The position numbers were made by a program, and so were the translations under genes. The notes under the pieces are model-generated. The model had not been told where the DNA came from. It did no database searches and saw only the letters and a program-made list of their open reading frames with translations. A stretch of 64,000 nt of DNA from a virus: IMG/VR virus record IMGVR_UViG_3300009085_000027, positions 1-64,000 of that record; one strand, given 5' to 3'. Shown here one piece after another: positions 63,815-64,000 of the stretch (the first letter of the stretch is position 1; every line of letters starts with the position of its first letter).

Positions 63815-64000
63815 TCAGAGCTTGTGGTTCTCCCAGAACCCTACCAGCAGATCGCGAACCTCTGGTGCAAAGTGCTGGCGGTGTGAGGCAAGACCGCGAA
63901 GCTGAAGTCCGGCCTCCCCAACTGTCCACGTTTGGTTATCGGGGAACGCGAAGACAAGCGGGTCGTTCTGAAGCACAACCTTGGCCGGCTCCGTGGCGTT
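63815..64000 (-). CDS. hypothetical protein, 5'-partial
   Basis: Open frame from the window end (NATEPAKVV...WENHKL*). Confidence 0.5.
   Translation of the reverse strand, partial: NATEPAKVVLQNDPLVFAFPDNQTWTVGEAGLQLRGLASHRQHFAPEVRDLLVGFWENHKL

Noticed and set aside
1-64000. tRNA, rRNA, introns, inteins, IS elements, alternative genetic code
   Set aside because: None recognised by eye; core genes are uninterrupted in the standard code. tRNAscan and Infernal were not run, so small RNAs cannot be excluded

Overview
A gene-dense, GC-rich segment of a large tailed bacteriophage genome, probably with a contractile tail. Minus-strand blocks encode virion and packaging functions: lambda-gpA-type terminase, gp5/gpV-like spike, portal, head-associated proteins, baseplate J/gp25-like/PKD/Ig proteins, a holin/spanin-like cassette, an amidase endolysin and a patatin. 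Plus-strand blocks encode a MoxR/VWA module and a replication/recombination module: SF2 helicase, UDG-like protein, DUF932-like protein, DnaB, primase, SSB, PolA, RecA, two resolvases and a Cas4-like nuclease. The central feature is a 2072-aa single-chain beta+beta' RNA polymerase (6923-13141) that heads a structural operon. Manual reading suggests a two-code transcription system. Virion genes and the RNAP gene are preceded by leaderless sigma70-type promoters (TAnnnT 5-8 nt before the start codon; TTGACC-N18-TAnnnT at both major divergence points). Three plus-strand genes, including the first genes of both major plus-strand operons, are preceded by CTATCAG-N5-6-GGAGG. Other notable signals are a recurrent K-x-A motif in head-associated proteins (candidate maturation-protease or cargo signal), a probable programmed -1 frameshift (G GGA AAC plus hairpin) outside the tail module, and several replication enzymes with altered catalytic motifs. 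I recognised no tRNA, rRNA, CRISPR array, integrase, major capsid, sheath, tape measure, sigma or alpha subunit gene. All product calls come from motif recognition by eye; no database search was run.
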